DNA of 64,000 nucleotides, taken from positions 221,528,001 to 221,592,000 of the forward strand of contig NC_058368.1 of NCBI RefSeq assembly GCF_018350175.1, given 5' to 3'. This document shows, one piece after another, positions 62,621-64,000 of the stretch (position 1 is the stretch's first letter; each line of letters begins with the position of its first letter). Under the pieces are notes generated by a model. The model saw nothing but the letters and a program-made list of their open reading frames with translations, had not been told where the DNA came from and did no database searches. The stretch comes from Felis catus (taxonomy: Eukaryota). The translations under genes and the position numbers were made by a program.

Positions 62621-63494
62621 TCTATAAGCTTTAATATTTAGAGATTATTTAGAATAGAAAAATAACCATATCCAATACCTTGCTCTATCAATTTCATTCA
62701 TGATTTAATAAGCTAATAGTATATTCGTAATAGGATGTATAAGTGAAGAGCACATACCTATTGTAACTGCTTGCTCCAATGACAGAGCCCAACTGTCCAG
62801 CTGCCCTTAGGATTGAACAAGCCAAGACAATCGACAGAATGTTTTCACTCATCTGAGACCACTGACTCCTTTATTCAGTTTGAGTGACATTTTTATTTCC
62901 TGGTCTCCAGTGTATTGCTCTTTTTACTCACATTTTTCCCTTGGCATGTGATTTGCTCTCTTGATAAAATGAGATCCTGAAAAGGATCACTGAGACGTCC
63001 TTGGTCACAGCTCTCTGGGCCATTAGTTTAGCGGCTTTACATGGTGGCTTCTGTAGCAGACAGGCTTCCGAGGCCAGCATCAGCAATTCTGAGCAGGTTA
63101 GAGGAACAAAGTGGCCGTCCATGGGTAACATGTTTCAATTTCCTCTTACTAATTCCGTATCTGATATAAGGGTGACTCTTTTCCTACCTATAGATCAAGG
63201 AAAGATGTATGTAAACCATTCTTAAAAGCTTCGGTGTAGTCTCATTTCCAAAAATGTATACCGTGTAATATCAGTCTGCACATTTCCATCTTTTCAGGTG
63301 GTCCCATTGCCTCAGTTCTTCCCTGCAGTCATCTGCTTTGCTTACACCTTTGACTGCTTGATTCATATTCCTGCCTCTGAAAGATCACATTTCCTCTCTA
63401 CTTTCCTCAAGGATACTACTACCCCCCAGCCCACTATATTGAAATAGCACTTAAAATAGACACAGTAATAGTACCTGCCACATAGAAACGTTAA

Positions 63495-63679
63495 ATTTGT
63501 TTTTTTTTCTATTTTTGAGAGAAGTGGGGGGAGGGGCAGCGGGAGAAGGAGAGAGAATCTCAAGCAGGTCACATACCCATCATGGAGCCTAATGCATGCC
63601 TCGATCTCATGACCATGAGATCATGACCTGAGCTGAAATCAAGAGTCAGATACTTAACCAACTGAGCCACCCGAGCGCC
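63495..63679 (-). mobile_element. Can-SINE
   Basis: catgagatcatgacctgagctgaaatcaagagtcagatacttaaccaactgagccaccc. Confidence 0.92.
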
Positions 63680-63733
63680 ATTTTAAGATTCTTTAAATAA
63701 ATACTTTATGTAAGGACCTTACCAGAATCCTTG

Positions 63734-64000
63734 TGCTATGGATTGAATCGTATGTTCCCCACAATTCATATGTTGAAGCCCTAACCTCTACAGCATATAA
63801 CTGGATTTGGAGATAGGACTTTTAGGAGGTAATTGGGATTAAATGAAGTTGTAAGGATAGGGCCCTAATCCCATAGGATTGGTGGTTTATAAGAAGAGAG
63901 AGAGAGAAAGAGAGAGAGAGTGAGAGAGAGAGAGAGAAAGAAAGAGCTCTCTGAGCACACACACACTGAGAAAAGACCATGTGAAAACATAGCAAGACGG
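63734..64000 (+). mobile_element. MLT1-like MaLR LTR (runs off the window end)
   Basis: tgctatggattgaat..., aattcatatgttgaagccctaacc, tttggagataggac, gggccctaatcc. Confidence 0.9.

Noticed and set aside
30336..64000. Further CDH12 coding exons (the next should begin with about LHSDLDKG)
   Set aside because: No such peptide in the ORF track or seen by eye; consistent with a very long intron.

Overview
This is AT-rich, repeat-dense mammalian genomic DNA from a felid, judged from the cat-type Can-SINEs and a cat-type L1 3' end. I cannot fix the species from the sequence. The window lies inside the cadherin-12 gene (CDH12, + strand). Its only protein-coding exon is the first coding exon (about 29918-30335; ATG at 30105; 77 codons: signal peptide, propeptide, RVKR cleavage site and the GWVW start of EC1). 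The rest is intron, containing about 31 Can-SINEs, L1/L2/MIR fragments, MaLR/ERVL LTRs, hAT DNA-transposon relics and microsatellites. The most notable non-exonic structure is an ~8.7 kb antisense fossil class I (gamma-like) provirus at about 14790-23480. It retains an LTR, a decayed PBS, a repeated leader, and readable gag, integrase-tail and env motifs. It has since been invaded by an L1, a SINE and a young CpG-rich 390-bp solo LTR with a 4-bp TSD and a 49-bp tandem repeat. Other points of interest are uORFs in the CDH12 5' UTR, two sites where a SINE re-inserted into an existing SINE target site, and two unique-sequence candidate regulatory or exonic segments. Repeat family names come from recalled consensus sequences and need Dfam/RepeatMasker confirmation. 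I found no new gene or novel system that I can firmly support. Nearly all listed ORFs are repeat or microsatellite artefacts.
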